From NCBI GenBank assembly GCA_963696825.1, contig CAVOLN010000003.1, forward strand, positions 45,130 through 109,129: a stretch of 64,000 nt of DNA, written 5' to 3'. This document shows, in pieces, positions 33,390 through 43,261 of the stretch (position 1 is its first letter; every line of letters begins with the position of its first letter). Source of the stretch: Terriglobia bacterium. Its GTDB lineage: Bacteria > Acidobacteriota > Terriglobia > Terriglobales > Acidobacteriaceae. Made by a program: the position numbers and the translations under genes. Under the pieces are notes generated by a model. That model was not told the DNA's origin, searched no databases, and was given only the letters and a program-made list of their open reading frames with translations.

Positions 33390-33735
33390 ATGAAGACAGT
33401 AGCGAGAGAGCGACAAACGAGTTGACCTTCGCCGCAACGATACGGTGAAAGTGATCACCGGCCGCGATAAGGGAAAAGAAGGCCGCGTGCTGCGGGTTTT
33501 CCCGAACGATGCCAAGATCCTGGTCGAGCACGTGATGCTGGTGAAGAAGCACGTGCGTCCCAATCCGCAGCGCAACGTGAAGGGCGGAATCGCCGAGCAG
33601 GAGAGCCGGATCGCGATTTCCAACGTGGCCTTGATGTGCCCCAGCTGCAAGCGGCCGGTGCGCATCGGGCACGAGTTTCAGGGCGAGCGCAAGGTTCGGG
33701 TGTGCCGCAAGTGCGGCGCAACGCTGGATAAGTAG
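33390..33735 (+). CDS. rplX: 50S ribosomal protein L24 with C-terminal Cys4 zinc-ribbon-like motif; one apparent 1-nt insertion (~33402)
   Basis: ATG-AAG-ACA-GTA, then the frame shifts to RESDKRVDLRRNDTVKVITGRDKGKEGRVL.... The C-terminus is CPSCKRPVRIGHEFQGERKVRVCRKCG. Confidence 0.88.
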
Positions 33736-33741
33736 CTAAAG

Positions 33742-33830
33742 AGCTTCTAGCTGCTAGCTCCTGGCTGCTAGCTAGAGCACGAGGCATCCGGAGTTTGGAG
33801 CTAGAAGCTAGGAGCCAGTAGCTAGAAGCT
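33742..33830. repeat. Intercistronic hairpin, GCTAGRA dialect (C'/C): 32-bp stem
   Basis: 33742-33773 pairs with 33799-33830: 32 positions with 2 mismatches and 2 G-U pairs, checked base by base. The loop is 25 nt. Confidence 0.9.
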
Positions 33831-33852
33831 GAATTCCGAAGGAACGGAAGCA

Positions 33853-34476
33853 ATGGCAAAAGAAAAAAGAGACAAGCAGGGCGAAAAGCAGCAGCCGGAG
33901 GCGAAGCCGGCGCAGGCGCATCACAGCGCCAAGGAAACGCCGCGGCTCAAGAGCCGCTTCAAGGCTGAAGTTGCGCCTGCGCTGATGAAGGAATTCGAGC
34001 TGAAGAATCCCATGGCGGTGCCGCACCTGCACAAGATCGTGGTCAACATGGGCATGGGCGAAGCCACGCAGAATGCCAAGATTCTCGATCCCGCGGTCAA
34101 CGAACTGGGCCAGATCACCGGCCAGAAGCCGGTTACGACCAAGGCCAAGAAATCGATTGCGGCTTTCAAGGTGCGCGAAGGACAGGCCATCGGCGCCATG
34201 GTCACGCTGCGCGGCGACCGCATGTACGAGTTTCTCGACCGGCTGGTGAACGTGGTGCTGCCCCGGGTGCGCGACTTCAAGGGAGTTTCGACCAAGTCGT
34301 TTGACGGGCGCGGCAACTACACGCTGGGTTTGCACGACCAGCTGATTTTTCCCGAGATCGATTATTCCCGGGTGGACAAGACCAAGGGCATGAACGTCAC
34401 CATTGTGACCACGGCGGCGAACGACGACCAGGCGCGAGTGCTGCTGAAGCATCTGGGAATGCCGTTCCGGCCGTAG
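33853..34476 (+). CDS. rplE: 50S ribosomal protein L5 with Lys/Gln-rich N-terminal extension
   Basis: ...[42 protein letters not shown]... Confidence 0.95.
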   Translation: MAKEKRDKQGEKQQPEAKPAQAHHSAKETPRLKSRFKAEVAPALMKEFELKNPMAVPHLHKIVVNMGMGEATQNAKILDPAVNELGQITGQKPVTTKAKKSIAAFKVREGQAIGAMVTLRGDRMYEFLDRLVNVVLPRVRDFKGVSTKSFDGRGNYTLGLHDQLIFPEIDYSRVDKTKGMNVTIVTTAANDDQARVLLKHLGMPFRP

Positions 34477-34510
34477 ATCGAGTGCAGGAAGTCATTGAAT
34501 GAAGTCTTAA

Positions 34511-34560
34511 CTGAGAGCTGACGGCTGAAGCTGAGAGCTGCAGCCGGAAGCTAGGAGCTA
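34511..34560. repeat. Heptamer-repeat tract (B then C)
   Basis: ctgagagctgacggctgaagctgagagctgcagccggaagctaggagcta. Confidence 0.75.
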
Positions 34561-34568
34561 AAAGTAAA

Positions 34569-34790
34569 TTGACTACAGCAAAACGAGTGAAGGACGCAAA
34601 GATCGAGGCGAAGTTTGATAAGGCGCGCGGCAAGGAGCCGAAGCCGAAGTTTTCCTCGCGCCGGCATAACCGCTGCAAGCTGTGCGGACGCCCGCGCGCT
34701 TATCTGCGCAAGTTCGGGATTTGCCGGCTGTGTTTCCGCGGCCTGGCGTTGCGCGGAGAGATTCCTGGGGTTTCGAAGTCGTCCTGGTAG
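34569..34790 (+). CDS. rpsN: 30S ribosomal protein S14, zinc-binding (type Z-like)
   Basis: ...[39 protein letters not shown]; TTG start. Confidence 0.9.
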   Translation: MTTAKRVKDAKIEAKFDKARGKEPKPKFSSRRHNRCKLCGRPRAYLRKFGICRLCFRGLALRGEIPGVSKSSW

Positions 34791-34807
34791 GAATTGGTAA
34801 TGAATCT

Positions 34808-34840
34808 CCCACCCTGGCGCAAAGAACGCGCCAGAGTGGG
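34808..34840 (+). promoter_or_regulatory. Stable hairpin in the rpsN-rpsH spacer
   Basis: cccaccctggcgc-aaagaac-gcgccagagtggg: 13 positions with 1 mismatch. It is not made of the repeat dialects. Confidence 0.4.
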
Positions 34841-34936
34841 GCACCCGCGTTTCTGGGTTGAAAGTGCGTCGTCGCGGGTTCTTCGGTGCAGGCGAAATCA
34901 GGCCGAAGCAAACGGGCGGCGGAGGAGAAGCAAACG

Positions 34937-35335
34937 ATGAGGTTGACCGATCCGGTCGCAGACATGCTGACGCGCATTCGCAATGCGATACGCGCCCGCC
35001 ATCAGAAAGTGGATGTTCCCGCTTCCAAGCTGAAGCTGGAGATTGCCCGCATCCTCAAAGAGGAAGGCTACATCTCCAATTTCAAGCCGGCGGAGGAGGA
35101 AGGCCACAAAGTCCTGCGCATCTATTTGAAGTACGGCAACAACAACGAAGCCGCGATCTCGAACGTCGAGCGCGTCTCCCGGCCGGGTTGCCGGGTCTAT
35201 GTGCGGCGCAGCGAGATCCCGCGCGTGCTGGGCGGTCTGGGCATCAACATTCTGACCACGCCCCGCGGAGTCATGACCGGACGCCAGGCGCGCAAGCAGG
35301 GCGTGGGCGGCGAAGTGTTGTGCGAGATTTGGTAG
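34937..35335 (+). CDS. rpsH: 30S ribosomal protein S8
   Basis: MRLTDPVADMLTRIRNA...; GGAGGAG SD at 34921-34927. Confidence 0.95.
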   Translation: MRLTDPVADMLTRIRNAIRARHQKVDVPASKLKLEIARILKEEGYISNFKPAEEEGHKVLRIYLKYGNNNEAAISNVERVSRPGCRVYVRRSEIPRVLGGLGINILTTPRGVMTGRQARKQGVGGEVLCEIW

Positions 35336-35337
35336 AT

Positions 35338-35455
35338 GGCAGCTGCTAGCTACTAGCTTCTGGCTACTAGCTAAGCAAAAGCGGTAAGTCAAAACAGAGC
35401 GTGGTGATCGTAGAAACGCGACTTGGCTAGAAGCCAGGAGCTAGAAGCTAGAAGC
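35338..35455. repeat. Intercistronic hairpin, GCTAGRA dialect (C'/C), rpsH stop to rplF start
   Basis: Left arm ggcagctgctagctactagcttctggctactagctaagc; right arm acttggctagaagccaggagctagaagctagaagcc. The rplF ATG is 2 nt later. Confidence 0.85.
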
Positions 35456-35457
35456 CT

Positions 35458-35997
35458 ATGTCAAGAATTGGACGAAAACCGATCCCGCTCCCCAAGGGAG
35501 TTGCGGTCAAGATTGAAGGCAACATGGTCAACGTGCAGGGGCCCAAGGGCAAGCTGGATACGCAGCTGCCGCGCGGCATCCGCATGGAGCAGCAGGACGG
35601 CAACCTGGTGGCGATCCGCGAGAACGATTCGCAGGCCGCGGTCCATGGACTGGCTCGCGCCCTGGTCAACAACGCGGTCGAAGGCGTCACCAAGGGCTGG
35701 ACTCGCGAACTGGAAATCGTCGGCATCGGATATCGCGCCGAGTTGAAGGGCAAGACCACGGTGGTCTTCAGCCTGGGATACTCGCACCCGATCGAGTATC
35801 CGCTGCCGGTGGGAATTGAAGCGACGGTCGATCCCAAGCAGACCAAGCTCAGCGTCACCGGCATCGACCGCCAGAAGGTTGGCCAGGTCGCCGCCGAAAT
35901 GCGCAGCCTGCGGCCGCCCGATCCGTACAAGAACAAGGGCGTGCGCTATGTCGGCGAGCGCTTGAAGAAGAAGGTTGGAAAGACGGGAGCGAAATAG
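35458..35997 (+). CDS. rplF: 50S ribosomal protein L6
   Basis: [33 protein letters not shown]. Confidence 0.96.
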   Translation: MSRIGRKPIPLPKGVAVKIEGNMVNVQGPKGKLDTQLPRGIRMEQQDGNLVAIRENDSQAAVHGLARALVNNAVEGVTKGWTRELEIVGIGYRAELKGKTTVVFSLGYSHPIEYPLPVGIEATVDPKQTKLSVTGIDRQKVGQVAAEMRSLRPPDPYKNKGVRYVGERLKKKVGKTGAK

Positions 35998-35999
35998 CT

Positions 36000-36130
36000 G
36001 TCGTTGGTCGTTGGTCTTGGTCGTTGGCCAACCCCGAACGGCAGCGGACTGGGATCGCTCTGAGGAACATGCAAGAAGTCGTGCGTCGATCGGTCTTAGC
36101 CGAACGACCAACGACCGAACGACCAAGGAC
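36000..36130. repeat. Intercistronic hairpin, GTCGTTG dialect (D/D')
   Basis: Left arm gtcgttggtcgttggtcttggtcgttggc; right arm gccgaacgaccaacgaccgaacgaccaaggac. The rplR ATG is 7 nt later. Confidence 0.8.
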
Positions 36131-36137
36131 TGAAAAA

Positions 36138-36503
36138 ATGCTTACACAGACATCGAAGAACCAGAACCGGCGGCACGTTCACGAGCGCATCCGCAAGAAG
36201 ATTCTCGGCACGGCCGAGCGGCCGCGGCTGAATGTGTATCGCTCGTTGAATCACATTTACGTTCAGTTGATCGACGACCTGAAGGGCGCGACCCTGGTTT
36301 CCGCGAACTCCGCCGAAGGCAAAAAGGGCGAGCGGCGCACCGGCGGCAATCTGGCCGCGGCCAAGACTGTGGGCAAGAATATCGCCGAGCGCGCCAAGGC
36401 CAAGGGGATCACCAAAGTCGTGTTCGATCGCGGCGGCTACATTTATCACGGACGGGTCAAGGCCCTGGCCGATTCCGCCCGCGAAGCCGGATTGCAGTTT
36501 TGA
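36138..36503 (+). CDS. rplR: 50S ribosomal protein L18
   Basis: ...[37 protein letters not shown].... Confidence 0.95.
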   Translation: MLTQTSKNQNRRHVHERIRKKILGTAERPRLNVYRSLNHIYVQLIDDLKGATLVSANSAEGKKGERRTGGNLAAAKTVGKNIAERAKAKGITKVVFDRGGYIYHGRVKALADSAREAGLQF

Positions 36504-36504
36504 A

Positions 36505-36614
36505 CAATTGAGTAATTGAGGTAATTGAGAAATTGAGTAATTGAAAGATCGAGTCATCGGTGATTGAGATCTTCAAATTACTCAATTGCTCAATTGCCCA
36601 ATTACCAAATATTG
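36505..36614. repeat. Intercistronic hairpin, TAATTGAG 8-mer dialect (E/E')
   Basis: Left arm caattgagtaattgaggtaattgagaaattgagtaattgaaagatc; right arm gatcttcaaattactcaattgctcaattgcccaattacc. Confidence 0.85.
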
Positions 36615-36628
36615 TGAAATGAGAATCA

Positions 36629-37138
36629 ATGCCAACTGTGATTAAGAAGCTTGATGCGAATTCGTACCAGCTGAAAGACCAGGTGGTCGCGATCAACCGC
36701 GTGACCAAGGTGGTCAAGGGCGGCAAGAACCTGTCCTTCGCGGCCCTGGTCGTGGTGGGAGATCCCAGCGCTGCGGTCGTCGGCTACGGTTCGGGGAAGG
36801 CGAAGGAAGTTCCCCAGGCCATCCGCAAGGGAATTGAGTCAGCCAAGAAGAACCTGATGCGGGTGAACCTGACTCAGACCAGCATTCCGCACCTGGTGCT
36901 GGGACGCTTCGGATCGGGCCGGGTGCTGCTGAAGCCGGCTCCGGAAGGTACTGGAGTGATTGCCGGCGGCGCGGTGCGCGCGGTCATGACTTCGGCGGGC
37001 ATTCAGAACGTGCTGACCAAATCGATTGGCACCACCAATCCGCACAACGTGATCAAGGCGACGTTCGACGCGCTGAAGCATTTGAAGAACCGGAGCGACG
37101 TTGCCGCCATGCGCGGCAAGACGGTCGAGGAACTGTAA
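36629..37138 (+). CDS. rpsE: 30S ribosomal protein S5
   Basis: ...[27 protein letters not shown]... Confidence 0.96.
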   Translation: MPTVIKKLDANSYQLKDQVVAINRVTKVVKGGKNLSFAALVVVGDPSAAVVGYGSGKAKEVPQAIRKGIESAKKNLMRVNLTQTSIPHLVLGRFGSGRVLLKPAPEGTGVIAGGAVRAVMTSAGIQNVLTKSIGTTNPHNVIKATFDALKHLKNRSDVAAMRGKTVEEL

Positions 37139-37140
37139 TC

Positions 37141-37360
37141 ATGCCCAACAAATTGGCCAAGAAATCGTAGTGCGGGCAGCGGCGCCAAAATCCATTTGAA
37201 ATGGGTGCGTTCCGCCATTTGCGCTCCGGTGCAACAGAAGCTGGTGGTCAAAGGTCTGGGCTTTACCCGGCTGAACCAGGTGATCGAGCGCCCGGACAAC
37301 CCGGCCATCCGCGGCATGGTGGCCAAGGTGCCGCATCTGGTGGAGATCGTTCAATCATAA
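37141..37360 (+). CDS. rpmD: 50S ribosomal protein L30 (absent from ORF track); one apparent 1-nt insertion (~37168)
   Basis: MPNKLAKKS then, in the next frame, SAGSGAKIHLKWVRSAICAPVQQKLVVKGLGFTRLNQVIERPDNPAIRGMVAKVPHLVEIVQS; hand-translated. Confidence 0.8.
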
Positions 37361-37429
37361 GCTGTCAGCTCATCAGCTCTCAGCAAAACCAGAGCTGAGC
37401 TGAGAGCTGACAGCTGACAGCTGAGAGCT
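37361..37429. repeat. Intercistronic hairpin, GCTGARR dialect (B'/B), rpmD stop to rplO start
   Basis: gctgtcagctcatcagctctc (37361-37381) pairs with gagagctgacagctgacagc (37402-37421), with 1 bulge and 1 mismatch. The rplO ATG is 5 nt after the tract. Confidence 0.85.
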
Positions 37430-37434
37430 TATTT

Positions 37435-37870
37435 ATGAATCTTTCAAACATTCGCGCACCAAAGAAGGCGACGGAAAACAAGAAGCGCGTCGGCCGCGGC
37501 ATGGGTTCGGGCATGGGCAAGACCTCGACCCGCGGACACAAGGGCCAGCGCTCGCGCAGCGGCTCGCGCATGATGCGCGGCTTTGAAGGCGGCCAGATGC
37601 CCTTGCATCGCCGCATGCCCAAGCGCGGCTTCACCAACATCTTCCGCCAGGAATTCAACATCGTGAACCTGGAGAAGCTGGCGGCTGCTGGGCGAGACCA
37701 CCATCACGCCCGACGTTTTGCGCAAGGCGGGCGTGATCAAGAGCAAGCATCCGGTGAAGGTGCTGGGCGACGGCGAGCTGACCGTCGCGCTCACCGTGCA
37801 TGCTCACAAGTTTTCCAAGTCGGCGCAGGAGAAGATCACCAAGGCCGGCGGCAAGTTCGAGGTGTTGTAG
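37435..37870 (+). CDS. rplO: 50S ribosomal protein L15; one apparent 1-nt insertion (~37685)
   Basis: ...[19 protein letters not shown]...NIVNLEKLA / [20 protein letters not shown]...[12 protein letters not shown]. Confidence 0.92.
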
Positions 37871-37873
37871 GCG

Positions 37874-39264
37874 ATGCTGGAGAAACTGGCCAACGTCTTT
37901 CGCATCCCGGACCTGCGCAAGCGCATTCTGTTTACGCTTGGGCTGCTGGCGGTGTATCGCCTGGGCGGACACATTCCCACGCCGGGTGTGAATGCGGACA
38001 AGCTGCAGCAGTTCTTCGAGCAGAACAAGGGCAGCCTGCTGGGCTTCGTCGATCTGTTTTCCGGCGGACAGCTTCGCCGCCTGACCATTTTTGCTCTGGG
38101 CATCATGCCCTACATCACCGCGTCCATCATTTTGCAGTTGCTGACCGTGGTCTATGAGCCGCTGGCCAAGCTGCAGAAAGAAGGCGAACTGGGACGCAAG
38201 AAAATCACCCAGTGGACGCGCTATCTGACCGTGATCCTGAGTTCGGTGCAGTCTTTCGGCATTGCCTGGCAGCTGCAGCGCGGCGGAGATTTCGTGGTTC
38301 ATCCCGGCCCGGCCTTCATCCTGATGACCATGCTGACCCTGACCACGGGCAGCGCCTTCATCATGTGGCTGGGCGAGCAGATTACCGAGCGCGGCGTCGG
38401 CAACGGCATGTCGCTGCTGATCTTTGCCGGCATCGTGGTCGGCTTGCCGCGCGGCGTCGATCGATCTGTTCGACAAAGTTCGCACCGATGCCTGGGGCGC
38501 ATTTACCGCGCCGGCGATGATCCTGCTGATTGGCGTGATGGTGCTGGTGGTGGCTTTCATCGTCTATGTGGAGCGCTGCGAGCGCCGCATTCCGGTGCAA
38601 TACGCCAAGCGCGTGGTCGGCCGCAAGGTGATGGGCGGGCAGTCGACCCACCTGCCGCTGCGGGTAAACTCCGGCGGCGTGATGCCGGTGATTTTCGCGT
38701 CGTCGATTCTGACCCTGCCGCAGACCGTGGGCTACAGCCTGCGCAACAACCGCTATTTTGGCGACTTGATCCGCAAGCTGGGATGGGGCGAGCCGCTGTA
38801 CACGATTCTGTATGCGGTCGGAATCATCTTCTTCGCCTACTTCTATGTGTCGATTGTCTTCAACCCCAACGAGGTTGCCGACAACATGCGGAAGTATGGC
38901 GGATTCATTCCCGGCATTCGTCCCGGCAAGCGAACCGCGGACCACATCAACGAGATCCTGACCCGCATCACGCTGGTGGGAGCGCTGTATCTGATCATCA
39001 TCTCGTTCATTCCGGAGTGGATGATCACCGGCATTCACCTGAACCACTTGTACGGGCCGATTGGTGCGTTTTTCGAGCGCCTGCCCACCTGGATGACCAA
39101 CGGGCTTGAACGTCAACTTTTATTTTGGCGGCACGTCGCTGCTGATCGTGGTGGGCGTAGCCATGGACACGGTGACCCAGATCGAAGCCCAGCTGGTCAT
39201 GCGTCACTACGACGGCTTTACGCCGCGCAGCGGACGCATTCGCGGCCGCCGGACCTGGTCTTAG
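37874..39264 (+). CDS. secY: Preprotein translocase subunit SecY; two apparent 1-nt insertions (~38455, ~39105)
   Basis: The three frames join: ...[13 protein letters not shown] / [16 protein letters not shown]...[10 protein letters not shown] / [36 protein letters not shown]. Confidence 0.93.
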
Positions 39265-39405
39265 ATGTAATGTGGGCGCGAGCGTCCCGCTCGTGCGGCG
39301 TAGTGGCAGAGCTGGTTTTTGAGGATAGTGTGAAGTTTGAGTCAGGCTCGCGGTCGTCGTGCTGGTGGAGTGAAATTGGAATCGGGAGGCGGGAGGACCA
39401 GTTCG

Positions 39406-40127
39406 ATGGCGGAGGCAACCTCGCGCGGCATCGGACCTGTCATCCTGCTCGGCTCGCCGGGTGCCGGCAAGGGTACGCAGGCCAAGCAGATCGTGGAGCG
39501 TTACCGCATCCCGCAGATTTCTACGGGAGACCTGCTGCGGGAGAACGTGCAGCGCGGCACTCCGCTGGGGGTCGCGGCCAAGGATGTGATGGCGCGGGGA
39601 GAGTTCGTTCCCGACGACCTGATGTACGACATGGTGGCGCAGCGCTTGCGGCAGGCGGACTGCGAGCGCGGTTTCATTCTGGATGGTTTTCCCCGCAATC
39701 CGGCCCAGGCCGGATGGCTGGATGCGTTTCTGGAGCACGAGTTCTTTGACAACGCGCAAGCGCGAGCAAGTGTCTGCCCATTGTGATCCGAATTAACGTG
39801 GATTATAATAAGTTGTTGCGTCGGATTACTGGACGCCGTTCTTGTCCCGTCTGTGGACGGATCTACAACGTCTACTCCCAGCCACCCCGTGTCGCTGATC
39901 GATGCGATGTTGATGGTTCTACGCTGGTGACCCGCGAAGATGACCGTGAAGAAGTCATCCGGGATCGACTGGCGGCCTACGAACTGCAGACCAAGCCCGT
40001 AGCCGAATATTACGCGCGCAAAGGGCGGCTGGTTTCGGTGAATGGCGACCTGCCGGTGAATCAGGTCACCGAGCAGATTTTCAAGGTGATCGAGAGCCAG
40101 CGCGGCGTGGCTGCCGGCAAAAGCTGA
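39406..40127 (+). CDS. adk: Adenylate kinase with zinc-lid (CPVC...C..D); one apparent 1-nt deletion (~39770)
   Basis: [16 protein letters not shown]-loop; [10 protein letters not shown]; [12 protein letters not shown] lid. Confidence 0.92.
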
Positions 40128-40146
40128 GCGGTCAAGCAGTTGAATC

Positions 40147-40899
40147 ATGGCGATTGTCTGCAAATCGGCGGCGGAGATTGAGAAGATGCGGCGCAGCGGC
40201 GGCATCGTGCGCGAGGTGCTGAACCACGTTCGCAGCCTGGTGGTGCCGGGCGCGACCACGATGGATCTGGAACGCGCGGCCGAGCAGAAGATCAAGGATC
40301 TGGGCGTGAAGCCCGCGTTCAAGGGATATTACGATTATCCCTGCGTGCTTTGCACTTCGATCAATGAAGAGATTGTGCACGGCATCCCTTCAGAGAAGAG
40401 AGTGATGAAGGCCGGCGACATTGTTTCGATCGATTGCGGCGTGGTGCTGGACGGCTATTACGGCGATGCCGCCATCACGGTTCCGGTGGATGGTTCGATC
40501 ACGCCGGAGTTGACCAAGCTGCTGGAAGTGACCGAGGCGTCGTTGTACCGGGGCATCGAGGCGGCGCGGATCGGCAACGCAGTCGGAGACGTTGGCGCTT
40601 CGGTGCAGGAATTTGTCGAAGCCAACGGCTTCAGCGTGGTCCGGGAATTTGTCGGACACGGCATCGGGACCCGCCTGCACGAGGAGCCGCAGGTGCCGAA
40701 CTACGGCACTCGCGGACACGGAGCGCGCTTGCGCGAAGGTATGGTGCTGGCGATCGAGCCCATGGTGAATTCCGGAAGTCCCGGAACCCGGGTGCTCGAC
40801 GACAAGTGGACCGCCGTAACTGCCGATGGCAGCTACAGCGCGCACTTTGAGCACTGCGTCGCGGTCACGAAAGATGGCCCGATGATTTTGACGCAGTAA
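40147..40899 (+). CDS. map: Methionine aminopeptidase type I
   Basis: 250 aa, intact. Metal ligands lie in DIVSIDCG...DGYYGD, FVGHGIG, LAIEP and EHCV contexts. Confidence 0.95.
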   Translation: MAIVCKSAAEIEKMRRSGGIVREVLNHVRSLVVPGATTMDLERAAEQKIKDLGVKPAFKGYYDYPCVLCTSINEEIVHGIPSEKRVMKAGDIVSIDCGVVLDGYYGDAAITVPVDGSITPELTKLLEVTEASLYRGIEAARIGNAVGDVGASVQEFVEANGFSVVREFVGHGIGTRLHEEPQVPNYGTRGHGARLREGMVLAIEPMVNSGSPGTRVLDDKWTAVTADGSYSAHFEHCVAVTKDGPMILTQ

Positions 40900-40900
40900 A

Positions 40901-40977
40901 GCAGCTTCTAGCCTGTCTAGCTGTCAGCTGCTCGAGCTGTGTTTAGCTGAGAGGCTAGTAGCTAAAAGCTGAAGCTG
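40901..40977. repeat. Intercistronic hairpin (C'/B' left arm, B/C right arm)
   Basis: gcagcttctagcctgtctagctgtcagctgctcgagc / tagctgagaggctagtagctaaaagctgaagctg. Confidence 0.75.
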
Positions 40978-40991
40978 TTTCTAAGGAGTCG

Positions 40992-41210
40992 ATGAGCAAA
41001 GAGGACGCGATTGAGGTGATGGCGACGGTCGTCGAACCGCTGCCCAATGCCATGTTCCGGGTGGAACTGGAGAACAAGCACCAGGTGCTGGCGCACGTCT
41101 CGGGAAAGATGCGCAAGAACTTCATTCGCATCCTGCCCGGCGACAAGGTCGCGGTCGAGCTTTCGCCCTACGACCTGAATCGCGGCCGCATCGTGTATCG
41201 CTACAAATGA
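40992..41210 (+). CDS. infA: Translation initiation factor IF-1
   Basis: [51 protein letters not shown]. Confidence 0.97.
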   Translation: MSKEDAIEVMATVVEPLPNAMFRVELENKHQVLAHVSGKMRKNFIRILPGDKVAVELSPYDLNRGRIVYRYK

Positions 41211-41238
41211 ACGCTGTCTCTTCGGCCTTCGAGGTTTT

Positions 41239-41271
41239 GCTGAAGGCTGAGAGCTGACGGCTGAAGGCTGG
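41239..41271. repeat. Heptamer-repeat arm, GCTGARR dialect (B); ends 3 nt before rpmJ ATG
   Basis: gctgaaggctgagagctgacggctgaaggctgg. Confidence 0.75.
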
Positions 41272-41274
41272 TTT

Positions 41275-41388
41275 ATGAAAGTACGAGCATCGGTAAAGAA
41301 AATTTGCGACAAGTGCAAGGTCATCCACCGCAAGGGTGTGGTGCGGGTGATCTGCGTCAACTCCAAGCACAAGCAGCGTCAGGGATAA
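41275..41388 (+). CDS. rpmJ: 50S ribosomal protein L36 (absent from ORF track)
   Basis: Hand translation gives [37 protein letters not shown], with the C-x2-C-x12-C-x4-H zinc motif. Confidence 0.93.
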   Translation: MKVRASVKKICDKCKVIHRKGVVRVICVNSKHKQRQG

Positions 41389-41404
41389 GGACTAGAGGAG
41401 CACT

Positions 41405-41791
41405 ATGGCACGTATTGCAGGCGTCGATCTTCCGCGCAACAAGCGGGCGAACATCGCGCTGACCTACATCTACGGCATCGGCAACCCGCGCGCGGCGCGC
41501 ATTCTGGACGCGGCCAACGTGGATCCGATGAAAAAGGTCCAGGACCTGGGCGAGGACGAAGTCAATCGCATCCGCCAGGTGATCGAAGACGAAGGCATGG
41601 TGGAAGGCGATCTGCGCAAGGAAGTTTCGATGAACATCAAGCGGCTCATCGAAATCGGCTCCTATCGCGGCTATCGTCATCGCCGGAACCTGCCGGTCCG
41701 CGGACAACGCACCCACACCAACGCGCGCACCCGCAAAGGTCCGCGCAAAGGCACCGTCGCGCAGAAGAAGAAGGCGACGGCAAAAACTTAG
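41405..41791 (+). CDS. rpsM: 30S ribosomal protein S13
   Basis: [26 protein letters not shown]. Confidence 0.97.
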   Translation: MARIAGVDLPRNKRANIALTYIYGIGNPRAARILDAANVDPMKKVQDLGEDEVNRIRQVIEDEGMVEGDLRKEVSMNIKRLIEIGSYRGYRHRRNLPVRGQRTHTNARTRKGPRKGTVAQKKKATAKT

Positions 41792-41804
41792 AAAGTCAGC
41801 TGTC

Positions 41805-41852
41805 TAGCTTCTAGCTCCTAGCTAGAAGCTAAAGGCTAGGAGCTAGAAGCTA
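41805..41852. repeat. Intercistronic hairpin, GCTAGRA dialect: perfect 18-bp stem enclosing an AGGAG
   Basis: tagcttctagctcctagc (41805-41822) is the exact complement of gctaggagctagaagcta (41835-41852). The loop is 12 nt and the rpsK ATG is 3 nt later. Confidence 0.92.
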
Positions 41853-41855
41853 ACT

Positions 41856-42299
41856 ATGGCAAAACCAGCAGCACCAGCGGCAGCGGGGACCGGAGCAGCG
41901 GCGCCGGATAAAAAGGGCAAGAAGAAAACGTTCAAGAAAAAAGAGCGGAAGCACGTTCCGCACGGCATTGCCCACATCCAGGCTTCGTTCAACAACACGA
42001 TTGTGACTATCGCCGATCAGGCCGGGAACGTTCTGGCCTGGAAGAGTTCGGGCTCGCTGGGCTTCCGCGGATCGCGCAAAGGAACGCCGTTTGCCGCCCA
42101 GCAGGCGGCGCAGAACGCCGCCAACATGGCGCGCGATCACGGCGTGCGCAGCGTTGAAGTGCGCGTGAGCGGTCCTGGTTCCGGACGCGAATCGGCGATT
42201 CGCGCTCTGGCTGCGGCCGGAATTGAAGTGCGCAACATTAAAGACGCTACGCCGATTCCGCACAACGGTTGCCGTCCGCCGAAGCGGAGAAGAGTCTAA
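41856..42299 (+). CDS. rpsK: 30S ribosomal protein S11 with Ala/Pro/Lys-rich N-terminal extension
   Basis: ...[30 protein letters not shown].... Confidence 0.96.
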   Translation: MAKPAAPAAAGTGAAAPDKKGKKKTFKKKERKHVPHGIAHIQASFNNTIVTIADQAGNVLAWKSSGSLGFRGSRKGTPFAAQQAAQNAANMARDHGVRSVEVRVSGPGSGRESAIRALAAAGIEVRNIKDATPIPHNGCRPPKRRRV

Positions 42300-42305
42300 G
42301 AACGA

Positions 42306-42372
42306 GTTTCCAGTTTCTTGGTTCCCAGTTCTCAGCTGATGGCTGGAACTGGAAACCGGAGACTAGAAACTG
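42306..42372. repeat. Intercistronic hairpin, GAAACYTW 8-mer dialect (F'/F), imperfect
   Basis: gtttccagtttcttggttcccagttctcagc / gctggaactggaaaccggagactagaaactg. The core ccagttc/gaactgg is perfect. Confidence 0.7.
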
Positions 42373-42437
42373 ATTTTCGTCCGGGACGAAGGGTGAAGCC
42401 AAACCTGTAAACCGGTCATCTAATAAGGAGAAACAAC

Positions 42438-43067
42438 TTGGCACGTTACACCGATCCCGTCTGTCGTCTCTGCCGCCGCGAGGGCATGAAGCTGTTCCTC
42501 AAAGGCACCAAGTGCTTCAGCGATAAATGTCCCATCGAGAAGCGCAACTTTGCTCCTGGCCAGCATGGCAAGGACCGCAAAGCCAAGATCGTCGGCTACG
42601 GTCTGCAGCTGCGCGAAAAGCAGAAAGCCAAGCGCATCTACTTCACCCAGGAAGGCCAGTTCCGCAACTACTTCGAGAAGGCGGCGCGCACCCGGGGCGT
42701 CACCGGCGAAATGCTGCTGCAACAGCTGGAGCGCCGTCTGGACAACGTGGTCTACCGCCTCGGCTTCGGCATGTCCCGCCGCCAGGCGCGCCAGTTGGTG
42801 CGTCACGGCCACATCCAGGTGAATGGACGCAAGGTCAACATTCCTTCGTACCAGGTGAGCGTGGGCGAGGAGATTGCGATCCGCGAAAGCAGCAAGAAGC
42901 TGCCCATCCTGGAGCCGGCGAAGGAATTTGCCAGCCACCAGAATGCGCCCAACTGGCTGGAGATCGATCGCGATAACTACAAAGGCAAGGTTCTGGCCTT
43001 GCCCAAGCGCGAAGACATCAACCTGCCGGTCAACGAGCAGTTGATTGTGGAGTTGTACAGCAAGTAG
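42438..43067 (+). CDS. rpsD: 30S ribosomal protein S4 (zinc-ribbon N-terminus)
   Basis: TTG start. [36 protein letters not shown]. Confidence 0.96.
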   Translation: MARYTDPVCRLCRREGMKLFLKGTKCFSDKCPIEKRNFAPGQHGKDRKAKIVGYGLQLREKQKAKRIYFTQEGQFRNYFEKAARTRGVTGEMLLQQLERRLDNVVYRLGFGMSRRQARQLVRHGHIQVNGRKVNIPSYQVSVGEEIAIRESSKKLPILEPAKEFASHQNAPNWLEIDRDNYKGKVLALPKREDINLPVNEQLIVELYSK

Positions 43068-43151
43068 TCGTCGAGTCGTTCCGGTCTTCAGTCGGTCATC
43101 GAGAACCATGCATTGACTTGGACGACCAGAAGACTGACGACTGACGACTGG
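43066..43151. repeat. Hairpin, GTCGTCR dialect (A/A'), overlaps rpsD stop
   Basis: agtcgtcgagtcgttccggtcttcagtcggtc / gacgaccagaagactgacgactgacgactgg. Confidence 0.75.
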
Positions 43152-43261
43152 TCCAACAATTCGAGCCAGATCAGCCTGTCTCTGACGCTTGACCTGAAAT
43201 GAAACGCGGACCAGTTCAGGGATGTCAGGACTGAGCCAAACGGCCGAAGGAGAACAACGTA

